Assembly: GCA_028714455.1 (NCBI GenBank)
Contig: JAQTMG010000002.1
Location: forward strand, 38,047 to 102,046
Direction: 5' to 3'
From: Patescibacteria group bacterium
GTDB lineage: Bacteria > Patescibacteriota > Patescibacteriia > CAIXNZ01
DNA: 64,000 nucleotides
Positions 48,441-57,250 of the stretch are shown one piece after another. Within the stretch, counting starts at the first letter, position 1; every line of letters begins with the position of its first letter. The position numbers and the translations under genes were made by a program. The notes beneath the pieces were generated by a model. It did no database searches. It was given only the letters and a program-made list of their open reading frames with translations, and was not told the origin of the DNA.

Positions 48441-50519
48441 ATGAAAGAATATAAACTCAAAAAAGAAAATACTTGCCCGCTTAATTCCAAAATTGATTAT
48501 AAAAATGAATTAAATGAGGAACAATTAAATGTAGTTTTGAATGGGGAAGGGCCATGTTTGGTTTTGGCTGGGGCTGGCAGTGGCAAGACCAGAACCCTGG
48601 TTTATCGCGTGGCCTATCTGGTTGAAAAGGGGATTGACCCGAAAAATATTTTGTTGGTTACTTTTACCAATAAAGCGGCTCGGGAAATGCTTAATCGCGT
48701 GGAAACTCTTTTGAAATGCCAGCCCAAGGGACTCTGGGGCGGGACTTTTCATCACATCGGCAACATGATTTTGCGTCGTTATGCCAAGATTTTGGGTTAT
48801 GCTAATAATTTTAATATCTTAGACGAAGAAGATTCTAAGAATTTGCTCAAAGCCGTGATGGGTGAGATGCAGATTAATTACAAAGAAAAATATTTTCCCA
48901 AAGCCGATTTGATTTTAAACATTATTTCTTTTGCTTCTAATTCCCAGAAACCAATTTTGGATGTGATTACTGACAAATATAATTATCTGGACCCAAAGTT
49001 AATTCCGGTTATCGAAGCTATTGAAAGAGAATACCAGAAAAAGAAGCTCAAAAGTAATGTCATGGATTTTGATGATTTACTGACCAACTGGCTTAAGCTT
49101 TTGAAAAAAGATAAAAACGCCAAGGAAAAATTGTCAGCCCAATTCAAATATATTTTGGTCGATGAATATCAGGATACCAATAAAATCCAGAGCGAAATTA
49201 TTTATGAACTTTCGTCCGCTCACAATAATGTTTTAGTGGTGGGTGATGATTGTCAGAGTATTTATTCTTTCCGCGCCGCTGATATAAATAATATCTTGGA
49301 TTTTCCAAATAGATTACCGAAAACAAAGATTTTCAAATTAGTAACTAATTATCGTAGCTCGCACCAGATTTTGGATTTGGCTAATCACAGCATCGGTAAC
49401 AATTTAAACCAGTACAAAAAAGAATTGCAGACAATCAGAGAGGGCGCGGTTAAACCGGCGCTGGTGCCAACCAAAGATTCTTATCAGCAGGCGGATTTTA
49501 TTTGCCAACGAATTTTAGAACTTCAAGAAGAGGGTGAGTCGCTTAATGACATGGCGATTTTGTTCCGCTCCTCGTTTCAAGTCATGGAAATGGAATTGGA
49601 ATTAAATAAAAGAAATATACCTTATGTCATGCGCGGCGGCATCAGGTTTTTTGAACAGGCGCATATTAAGGATGTGGTGGCCTATTTAAAGATCTTTGCC
49701 AATTTTAAGGATGAACTCTCCTGGAAACGCGTTTTATTGCTTTATGAAGGTATTGGGCCGTCAAATGCCGAGAGAATCTGGCAGGAAGTCATTAAGTACA
49801 GTGATTTGAAAAAAGCCGTGGCCGAACTTCTAAACTTACCGTTTTCAGTCAAAGTCACGCGCAGTTTAGAGCAATTAAATTTTCTTTTGGAAATTTTGCT
49901 CAAGCAGGAAAAAGATTTTATTGCCACAGCCATTAGGCAGATTTTGAAAAATAATTACGAAGATTACATTAAGAATAATTTTGAAAATGCCAAAGATAGA
50001 ATTGAGGACCTGGTCCAACTGGCCAATTTTGCTTTGACTTATGAAAAACTGGAGGACTTTTTGTCTGATGTCACGCTGTCTGAAAGTTTTAAGGGCGAGA
50101 CAGTGGAAAATTATGGAGAGGGTCCCGATGAACAAATTGTTTTGAGTACAATTCACCAGGCCAAGGGTTTGGAATGGAAGCATGTTTTTATTCTGGGCTT
50201 GGTTGAGGGACAATTTCCGCATTACAAAATTTATGATCGGCCGCAGGAGATTGAAGAGGAGCGCAGATTATTTTATGTGGCTGTCACGAGAGCCAAGGAT
50301 GAACTTTATTTAACTTATCCGATTATTTCCACTTCGTATTTAACTGGCACAAATATAAACCGACCTTCAATTTTTGTGACAGAATTAGATTCAAAATTAT
50401 TTGAGGAATGGCGGGTGGATGATGATAACGATTATACCGATGACGATATTGATTATGACGCGGAAAATCCGTTTTCAGGACACGAGTTTCTGAAAACAAT
50501 TAGATATGATGATAAATAA
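48441..50519 (+). CDS. UvrD/PcrA family ATP-dependent DNA helicase
   Basis: AGAGSGKT, DEYQDTN, TIHQAKGLE, EERRLFYVAVTRA. Confidence 0.95.
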   Translation: MKEYKLKKENTCPLNSKIDYKNELNEEQLNVVLNGEGPCLVLAGAGSGKTRTLVYRVAYLVEKGIDPKNILLVTFTNKAAREMLNRVETLLKCQPKGLWGGTFHHIGNMILRRYAKILGYANNFNILDEEDSKNLLKAVMGEMQINYKEKYFPKADLILNIISFASNSQKPILDVITDKYNYLDPKLIPVIEAIEREYQKKKLKSNVMDFDDLLTNWLKLLKKDKNAKEKLSAQFKYILVDEYQDTNKIQSEIIYELSSAHNNVLVVGDDCQSIYSFRAADINNILDFPNRLPKTKIFKLVTNYRSSHQILDLANHSIGNNLNQYKKELQTIREGAVKPALVPTKDSYQQADFICQRILELQEEGESLNDMAILFRSSFQVMEMELELNKRNIPYVMRGGIRFFEQAHIKDVVAYLKIFANFKDELSWKRVLLLYEGIGPSNAERIWQEVIKYSDLKKAVAELLNLPFSVKVTRSLEQLNFLLEILLKQEKDFIATAIRQILKNNYEDYIKNNFENAKDRIEDLVQLANFALTYEKLEDFLSDVTLSESFKGETVENYGEGPDEQIVLSTIHQAKGLEWKHVFILGLVEGQFPHYKIYDRPQEIEEERRLFYVAVTRAKDELYLTYPIISTSYLTGTNINRPSIFVTELDSKLFEEWRVDDDNDYTDDDIDYDAENPFSGHEFLKTIRYDDK

Positions 50520-50557
50520 AAACCCGCCTTTGCAATTAAGCATTGGCGGGCATTTGC

Positions 50558-51247
50558 TTATTCAGGTTTTGGAATATGAACGGGGACTTCGGAGAGCATT
50601 TCGGAAAGCATCCAGCCGGCCACGGCTTCCTTATCTTCATGCGAAACACCCCATGTGCCGAGGAATCCATGAAAGCAAGCTCTTTGGCTGACCTGAACAT
50701 TTTCATCTGGGTTTTTGAATTTCCAATTACTGATATTGCCTCCGCAATAAAAGAGCTTCATGGCATATTCGGTCCAGGGGTTCCTGTGCCTAAACTCGTC
50801 AGGACAGGCTCTGGTCAGAGCAACTTCGTTGGTCAGGCCGCCGAGCGGCTGTGGCACACCTTCAAAAAGCATTTTTTTGTTTTGTTCCACGATTTCTTTC
50901 TCTCGTAGCTCCGCTCTCTTCAGTGCCTCGCCATCGGCCAGGCCGTTTTCTCTTGCATAGTTGATGAAATCAAGGCCGGCGACTTCGAGCAGCTTGTCGA
51001 TTTTGACCAGAAAGATTCGTCTTTTGCGGTTATCTCTCATGGACGTCACGGCATTAAGCTCGTCTTTGTTCACTGCAATAAAAGCAATGGGCGAAACTTG
51101 ATTTGTAACCAGCACGACAGGGAAGAATCCTTGGGGAACGCTTTCCCAGTCCAGCTTGAGGTCAAAAGGTGAGGCAAGCGCTTCTTTTTGGAGCCACTGT
51201 TCAACTGTTTGGTCTGATGGTCCGATCACAAAGTCCTTCATTTTCAA
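50558..51247 (-). CDS. hypothetical protein (SD-class unit)
   Basis: AAGGAGG SD; TTGACA-N17-TAGTAT; C-terminal HEDKEAVAGWMLSE. Confidence 0.7.
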   Translation of the reverse strand: MKMKDFVIGPSDQTVEQWLQKEALASPFDLKLDWESVPQGFFPVVLVTNQVSPIAFIAVNKDELNAVTSMRDNRKRRIFLVKIDKLLEVAGLDFINYARENGLADGEALKRAELREKEIVEQNKKMLFEGVPQPLGGLTNEVALTRACPDEFRHRNPWTEYAMKLFYCGGNISNWKFKNPDENVQVSQRACFHGFLGTWGVSHEDKEAVAGWMLSEMLSEVPVHIPKPE

Positions 51248-51304
51248 TCTCCTCCTTTTTTATTTTGATTTTAAATACTAACATAATATAATTGCAATGT
51301 CAAT

Positions 51305-51772
51305 ATGGCTCTAGAAAAATATAAGCAAAAAAGAAAATTCAAATCCACGCCAGAACCAAAGGGCAAAGCACTCAAAAAGCTTCAGCAACGTTTTGTGATT
51401 CATGAACATCATGCCAGCCATTTGCATTATGATTTTCGCCTGGAAATGGAATCAAAAATTGACAGCGGCGAGATTGTCTTGAAATCCTGGGCCGTGCCCA
51501 AGAATTTGCCGGAAAAGGTAGGGGAGAGGCGCTTGGCTGTTGAAGTTGAAGATCATCCAGTTGATTACATAAATTTTTATGGAGTAATACCTGAAGGTAA
51601 TTATGGCGCTGGCACTGTTAAAATTTGGGACAATGGTAAATATGATTTGATTCGGCGGACAGAAAAAGAAATTGAATTTATTTTGCATGGCAAAAAACTT
51701 AATGGGCCTTATGTTTTGGTCAAAACGCATTTTAGCAAAAATTCCTGGTTGATAATCAAATTGAAAGAATAA
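51305..51772 (+). CDS. standalone LigD 3'-phosphoesterase domain protein
   Basis: HHASHLHYDFRLE, SWAVPK, RLAVEVEDHP, YGAGTV.IWD. Confidence 0.92.
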   Translation: MALEKYKQKRKFKSTPEPKGKALKKLQQRFVIHEHHASHLHYDFRLEMESKIDSGEIVLKSWAVPKNLPEKVGERRLAVEVEDHPVDYINFYGVIPEGNYGAGTVKIWDNGKYDLIRRTEKEIEFILHGKKLNGPYVLVKTHFSKNSWLIIKLKE

Positions 51773-51814
51773 AAAAATTGTCACCCTGAGCTTAGTCGAA
51801 GGGCGACAATTTTT
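51773..51814. repeat. REP-like palindrome, family C
   Basis: AAAATTGTCACCCTGAGCTTAGTCGAAGGGCGACAATTTT; related reversed copy near 14551. Confidence 0.6.
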
Positions 51815-51971
51815 ATTGCCAGATTGATGCTTTAGTTCGGCTACGCTCACTATAAACTTTTAGGCTTGTCCTGAACATGCCGAGGACTTCAGCATGACAA
51901 TCTGGGCAGAAATTAGTATAATATAGATATAAATTCATAATTTCATATTTCTTATTTCATAATTTATATTT

Positions 51972-52472
51972 ATGCTCAATATTGAAATCCAACACGGCAA
52001 TTTAATTAAAGTTCAAGCCGATGCCATTGTCAATCCAACCAATTCTTTCGGCTGGATGGGCGGAGGTTCGGCCAGTGCTATTAAGAAAGCAGAGGGAAAT
52101 AAAATTGAGGACGAGATTAAGGCCCAAGCGCCGCTGGAAATCGGCACGGCCATTGCCACGCCAGCCGGCGAATTGCCTTACAAAGCGATTATTCACTCGC
52201 CAGTTGTTGTTTCGCCGACTGATACGGCTAAGCCTTATGATGTGGCCATGGCGGTTTCTGGCGCTTTACTTTTAGCCGATGACAAAGGTTTTAAAACCAT
52301 TGCCATGCCGGGCATGGGCACCGGTGTGGGCAATTTTCCGATTAAAGACGCGGCCAAAGTCATGATCGCTGAAATAAAAAAGTTTAAGCCGATTAATTTA
52401 GAAAAAATAATTTTGATTGATGAAAATGACGAATTGGCCAAGGCCTGGAAAGATGAACTGGAGAAAAAATAA
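51972..52472 (+). CDS. macro domain protein
   Basis: DAIVNPTN, MGGG, PGMGTGVG. Confidence 0.9.
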   Translation: MLNIEIQHGNLIKVQADAIVNPTNSFGWMGGGSASAIKKAEGNKIEDEIKAQAPLEIGTAIATPAGELPYKAIIHSPVVVSPTDTAKPYDVAMAVSGALLLADDKGFKTIAMPGMGTGVGNFPIKDAAKVMIAEIKKFKPINLEKIILIDENDELAKAWKDELEKK

Positions 52473-52515
52473 AATTTTACAAATAAAAAGCGGGTGCCTA
52501 GCGTCCGCTTTTTTA

Positions 52516-53049
52516 TTATTTATATGATAATTTTTTTCCTCTAATTACCGCGCACTCGCTATATTTATGTAAGCTTTTACGCTTTTGATTTTGAATATGA
52601 ATAACTTTATAGCCAAGTGATTTTAATTTATCAGAAAGCAGCATACGATGGCAATTCCAGTATAATAATTCGGCGCACATAATGGCCGCGTTGCCTCCTT
52701 TAACTTCTTTTAGCAATTTTTTGAAGCCGTTTTGAAATCCCTTGGTTTGCATGTAAATTGCGTAATTGCGGAACCAGCTGGAGCGCCAGCAAGCGCCTTG
52801 TTTATTTTTTACTTTGGCTAATTCTTTTTTGGCGCGATAGCCACCCAATTCTTGGCCGAGCCAGAGATATTTTATTTCATTTTTTTTCAGAGTTCGTTTG
52901 AGAATGTACTGGTTGAATTGGGGGTTATAAGCTGAACCAGGGAATCGGCGCACGTCAATCAATTCTGAAATTTTATATGCCTTAAGAATGTCAATGAATT
53001 CTTTCATCGGATGGGTTGAGTGACCGATTGTGAAAACCGTTTTTGTCAT
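52516..53049 (-). CDS. DUF488 family protein
   Basis: TIGHS, DVRRFPGS, ELGG.R, MCAE..YW.CHR. Confidence 0.9.
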   Translation of the reverse strand: MTKTVFTIGHSTHPMKEFIDILKAYKISELIDVRRFPGSAYNPQFNQYILKRTLKKNEIKYLWLGQELGGYRAKKELAKVKNKQGACWRSSWFRNYAIYMQTKGFQNGFKKLLKEVKGGNAAIMCAELLYWNCHRMLLSDKLKSLGYKVIHIQNQKRKSLHKYSECAVIRGKKLSYK

Positions 53050-53111
53050 AACTTAATTTTAACATAATTTGTCAAAGAAAAAAGTCCCGCGGAGCGGGAC
53101 TTTGAATTTGG

Positions 53112-53567
53112 CTACATCGCTCGATAAGCCTTAGCGAACTTGCGAAGCCTTTTCAGTCTTTTCTCGATGTTTCTGGCATCTGCCCTGTTCATTTTTAGAG
53201 CGGCTTTGAGTGCCTGTATTTCACCGTACAGAGAATCCGCCTTTTCTTTCAGCGCTATTGCCCAGGCTTCTTTTTCAGTCAGCAGGTCTTTTGCCTGGCA
53301 GTAGTACTTGATATTCTGCCAGTATTCTTTGATTACCTTTTTGTGGTAATCGTATTTCACCATCCTTATTTCCAATTCATAATACCAAACCTTGTTTTCC
53401 CACATCTTGCCGATGATCTTTCCCATCTTGAAGGCGTCGCCCAATTGTTTAAGCGATAGCTCTTGGCGTATTAATCCGATAGATGGGTCGTCGTAGTCAT
53501 AGCCTTTTTGAAAAATCGCCCTGTCTCCGATTTTGAATTGCCGCCTCTTAGCCTTCTTACTCGCCAA
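53112..53567 (-). CDS. hypothetical protein (SD-class unit)
   Basis: AAGGAGGTG SD, TTG start, TTGACA-N16-TATACT, terminator. Confidence 0.7.
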   Translation of the reverse strand: MASKKAKRRQFKIGDRAIFQKGYDYDDPSIGLIRQELSLKQLGDAFKMGKIIGKMWENKVWYYELEIRMVKYDYHKKVIKEYWQNIKYYCQAKDLLTEKEAWAIALKEKADSLYGEIQALKAALKMNRADARNIEKRLKRLRKFAKAYRAM

Positions 53568-53661
53568 TTTACACCTCCTTTAATTTTTTCTTTAGTATAT
53601 CATTTGAAAAATTATTGTCAAAAGAAAAAAAGCGTCCCGATGAGCGGGGCGCTTTTTGATT

Positions 53662-54000
53662 TTACGCTTCATGCCTTTTTAATTCCTTGAGCCTGCCTTT
53701 AGCCAGAATTTTCAGTTCATCGGTCGGGGCATGAATGATCCAGTATTGGAGACGAATCGGGTCGTCTGCGGCGGAAATTGCCTTTTGCGCGGCTTGCTCT
53801 TGCAATTTTTGGTCGCACGAGATCATGCCCACCAAAATAGCTTCTTCATAAAACCGAGCAAGCGCCAGAGCTTTTTTAAGCGCTTCCTCTCTCTGCGGAC
53901 CAGTAACACCCTCGGTCAGTTCGATACACTTGGTAAAATTATCAGCCTGTTCGAGTATGTTATGAAAAGCGGCTATCTCCGGACTTATCTCCGATCCCAT
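53662..54000 (-). CDS. helical hypothetical protein (SD-class unit)
   Basis: AAGGAGG SD before ATG 54000; TTGACA-N16-TAAGGT. Confidence 0.7.
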   Translation of the reverse strand: MGSEISPEIAAFHNILEQADNFTKCIELTEGVTGPQREEALKKALALARFYEEAILVGMISCDQKLQEQAAQKAISAADDPIRLQYWIIHAPTDELKILAKGRLKELKRHEA

Positions 54001-54110
54001 TTTGCCCTCCTTTGTTTTAAAATCTATATCACACCTTAGCAAAAATAGAGATTTTGTCAAGTGAGTTTTTGCAAAAGAAAAACCCCCGCGAGATCGCGAG
54101 GGTTGGGGGA

Positions 54111-54686
54111 TTAAAGTTTGGGAAGCTGTTTTGGCACTGGTTCGCCAATTTGGGCCCAGATCCGTTCCTCTGCTTCTAGCGCGAGAGGCGTTAAACTCGC
54201 CGGAGCATGTTTCACTGCCCCGCGAATCTGCCTTGCGTTTCCCGCTGCCGCTGCCAGCTCGATGAACTTTTTCCAGTAGATTTCGGGAGTGGACAGCATG
54301 TAAAGAGAGTCGTCAAGCTTTTCCATGCTCGGCGCTCTCTTGACGCACTCATCCGCCGCCCGGCGCCTTTTCTCCGCCGCTTTAAAATAATCGTGTTCGG
54401 GGACGTCCTGTCCCGGCAGCATTTGAACCAGCCAATGCCAGAATTCAAATCCAAGATCCGGTTCTTCGTAGTTTTCGAGCAGGGAAAGACATTTTTGCCT
54501 GGCCATAAACTGCATTTTGTCGGTTACGTAATGGCGCTTTGTTTGCTCGTACGCCCAGCGCGCTTCGAGCGGAGTGGTCGCGGCATTGATGCACGCCCAC
54601 AGAGCATTGATATAGGTCGCCTCGAGCTGCAATTTTCTTTCCTCCAGGTTAAGAATCTCTTGCTTCAGCTCATCGAAATTCGACAT
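54111..54686 (-). CDS. helical hypothetical protein (SD-class unit)
   Basis: AAGGAGG SD; TTGACA-N17-TAAGTT (54753-54725). Confidence 0.7.
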   Translation of the reverse strand: MSNFDELKQEILNLEERKLQLEATYINALWACINAATTPLEARWAYEQTKRHYVTDKMQFMARQKCLSLLENYEEPDLGFEFWHWLVQMLPGQDVPEHDYFKAAEKRRRAADECVKRAPSMEKLDDSLYMLSTPEIYWKKFIELAAAAGNARQIRGAVKHAPASLTPLALEAEERIWAQIGEPVPKQLPKL

Positions 54687-54749
54687 TTTTATCCTCCTTT
54701 TATTTTAGGAACAATTGATTTAATAACTTATCAGAAAATTTTCGTTTTG

Positions 54750-55550
54750 TCAACCGCGCGCCATTTTATAGACGTTGGCCAGCAGCATGGCGATGGTCAT
54801 GGGTCCGACGCCGCCGGGGACAGGGGAACGATAGGCGACAACCTTATCAACTTCCGGATCAACGTCACCCACGGTTTTACCAGCGATTTTATTAATGCCA
54901 ACATCGATGATTGTCGAATTTTTCTTGACCATGTCGGTTTTGATAGATTTTGGTTTGCCTACGGCGACGATGAGAATATCGGCACTTGAGCTCTGAGCTT
55001 TGAGCTCTGAGCTCGAAGCTTTGGGCGAAAGGTAAGAAACATTACATTCGCGCATTAACGGTTTAAACGGTTCAGCGAATTTTTCAGAGTTTGATAAAAT
55101 CACAACTTTTTTATTTTTCAAATTTTCACCAGTACTTTTAATCAGTTCAATAATGCCCGAAACCGTCGGTGAAATAATTTTTGACTGCGGTTGAAAGCCA
55201 TCCACGTCTTTTTCCGGCGAAATCCTGGCTATTATTTTATCAGTGTCAAAGTTTTTGGGCAGAGGCAGCTGAATCAAGATGCCGGTAATCTGCTCATCCT
55301 TATTTAAAAAATCAATGACTTCAAATATTTTTTCTTCGCCGCAATCCTCTGACAAAAAATAACTGGAAAATTCAATGCCAACCTCAAGGCAGGCTTTGGC
55401 TTTTAATTTTATATAAAGTTCAGATGAGGGATCATTGCCAATTAAAATAGAAGCCAGAGCTGGTTTTTTGTCCATTTGAATTATTTTGCCGCGAAGTTCT
55501 AATTTAATTTTTTCGGCCAGAATTTTGCCGTCAATGAGTTTGGCTGACAT
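54750..55550 (-). CDS. folD: methylenetetrahydrofolate dehydrogenase/cyclohydrolase
   Basis: LIDGK, GILIQLPLP, EKDVDG, IDVGIN, PVPGGVGPMT. Confidence 0.95.
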   Translation of the reverse strand: MSAKLIDGKILAEKIKLELRGKIIQMDKKPALASILIGNDPSSELYIKLKAKACLEVGIEFSSYFLSEDCGEEKIFEVIDFLNKDEQITGILIQLPLPKNFDTDKIIARISPEKDVDGFQPQSKIISPTVSGIIELIKSTGENLKNKKVVILSNSEKFAEPFKPLMRECNVSYLSPKASSSELKAQSSSADILIVAVGKPKSIKTDMVKKNSTIIDVGINKIAGKTVGDVDPEVDKVVAYRSPVPGGVGPMTIAMLLANVYKMARG

Positions 55551-55612
55551 AGGGCTTTTGGCTTTGGGCTCTGGGCAAAAAGCTCTATGCTCTATGCTCG
55601 TGGCCCATGGCA

Positions 55613-56857
55613 TTAATATTTTAAATCCTTATAGATAGGGAATTGGTGCGTGAGTTGTGCCACCTGTTTTTTGGCTTTTTCCTGAATTATCGCATCTTCA
55701 TGATTTTTTAGAAGTTCAGAGATTAAATTTCCGATTATCTTCATCTCTTTTTCTTTCATGCCTCGCGTGGTCAGAGCTGGCGTGCCCAGGCGCAGACCAG
55801 AGGGGTCGGCGGCTTTTCTCGCGTCAAAAGGAATCAGATTTTTATTAGTGTAAATGCCGACTCGAGCCAGAATTTCCTCGGCCTGCTGTCCGCCAAGACG
55901 CAGATTTGTCAGTTTTAGCAAAATCAGATGCGTGTCTGTGCCGCCCGAAACAAGTTCAAAGCCGTTATTAATCAGAGTGGCGGCCAAAACACTGGCATTT
56001 TTTATGACCTGCTGTTGATATTTTTTAAAGGTCGGTTTCATGGCCTCCGCAAAACAAACGGCTTTAGCCGCGATAATATTTTCCAGCGGACCGCCCTGAA
56101 TACCAGGAAAAACGGCCTTGTCTATTTTTTCAGCCAAATATTTTTTGCACAAGATAAATCCGCCGCGCGGACCGGCCAGCGTTTTGTGCGTGGTGCTGGT
56201 AATAACATCGGCGTAGGGAATAGGATCGGGATGAAGTTTGGCCACGACCAGTCCGGCAAAATGCGCCATGTCAACCATTAATTTGGCGTTGACCGCGTCA
56301 GCTATTTTTTTAAATTTTTCAAAATCAATCTGGCGCGCGTAAGCGGAACCGCCGGCGATGATCAGCTTTGGCGCCTCGCGCTGGGCGATTTCCAAAACAT
56401 TACCATAGTTTATTTCTTCGGTGTTTTTATCAACGCCATAAAAAGCAACTTTGTAGATTTTGCCTGAAAAATTTAAATGCGAGCCGTGGGAAAGATGGCC
56501 GCCTTGCGCCAGATTCATGGCCAAAATCTTGTCGCCTGGATTTAAGAGCGCCAGATAAACCGCCATATTGGCCTGACTGCCAGAATGCGGCTGAACATTG
56601 ACATGCTCGGCGCCAAAAAGTTTTTTGGCTCGTTCGATAGCCAAACTCTCGGCTTCATCAATGAATTGATTGCCGCTGTAATATCTTTTGCCGATTTGTC
56701 CCTCTGAATATTTATTCATCAAAACACTGCCGCTCGCTTCTAAAACCGCTTGCGAGGCGTAGTTTTCAGAGGCGATCATTTCCAGCCCGTCTTTTTGGCG
56801 AGCCAGCTCTTTTTGAACCGCGGCGTAAACCTGTTTGTCTGTTTTTAGATATTTCAT
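55613..56857 (-). CDS. glyA: serine hydroxymethyltransferase
   Basis: [34 protein letters not shown]. Confidence 0.97.
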   Translation of the reverse strand: MKYLKTDKQVYAAVQKELARQKDGLEMIASENYASQAVLEASGSVLMNKYSEGQIGKRYYSGNQFIDEAESLAIERAKKLFGAEHVNVQPHSGSQANMAVYLALLNPGDKILAMNLAQGGHLSHGSHLNFSGKIYKVAFYGVDKNTEEINYGNVLEIAQREAPKLIIAGGSAYARQIDFEKFKKIADAVNAKLMVDMAHFAGLVVAKLHPDPIPYADVITSTTHKTLAGPRGGFILCKKYLAEKIDKAVFPGIQGGPLENIIAAKAVCFAEAMKPTFKKYQQQVIKNASVLAATLINNGFELVSGGTDTHLILLKLTNLRLGGQQAEEILARVGIYTNKNLIPFDARKAADPSGLRLGTPALTTRGMKEKEMKIIGNLISELLKNHEDAIIQEKAKKQVAQLTHQFPIYKDLKY

Positions 56858-56888
56858 AATTTTTAAAATTATATCCTAAAATTAGGCA

Positions 56889-57220
56889 AAATAAAAGGGG
56901 CATCACGATGATGCCCCGGGAGACGAGGAACCCTATATTGATCAACCAGCTTAGCTGGCTTATTTCGGGGAGGGTGTGGTCGCACCCTCCTCACCAAAAA
57001 GAAGAACGAGTACAGGGAGGTGAACGAACCTATTTTAACCAGCTTTGGCTGGCTTGTTTTCGGGAGGGTGGTTTGGTTCACCCTCCCGCCTTTGAAGAGA
57101 GACTGAAAAAGACCGAACTTATTCGAACCTGCATTCGCAGGATTGCTTTCGGCCCGAACTGGCGTTCGGGCCAGATACCCGAGAGGCAAGAGCTAACCAA
57201 GTCACCACCCAGGACCGGAT
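56889..57220 (-). ncRNA. putative ~330-nt structured RNA with three double-hairpin modules, family unidentified
   Basis: TGCTATAAT extended -10 at 57235-57227; six internal hairpins; terminator GGGGCATCA-TGATGCCCC plus U-tract at 56917-56889. Confidence 0.7.
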
Positions 57221-57240
57221 AGCTTTATTATAGCAAAAGT

Positions 57241-57249
57241 TTATCCACA
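57241..57249 (+). promoter_or_regulatory. consensus DnaA box
   Basis: TTATCCACA just upstream of the putative ncRNA -10 box. Confidence 0.45.
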
Positions 57250-57250
57250 G

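Noticed and set aside
56889-57220. Identification as glycine or ZTP riboswitch, hammerhead, RNase P, SRP or tmRNA
   Set aside because: Lacks GGAGA/CCGAAG/CUCUCAGG, GCCUGGGC, CUGANGA, GAGGAAAGUCC, the SRP core and a tRNA-like end by eye; only a covariance search can fully exclude divergent forms
56869-57222. Overlapping ORFs of 106 aa (-) and 104 aa (+)
   Set aside because: Atypical composition, no convincing initiation signals, and the region is better explained by hairpin modules with a promoter and terminator
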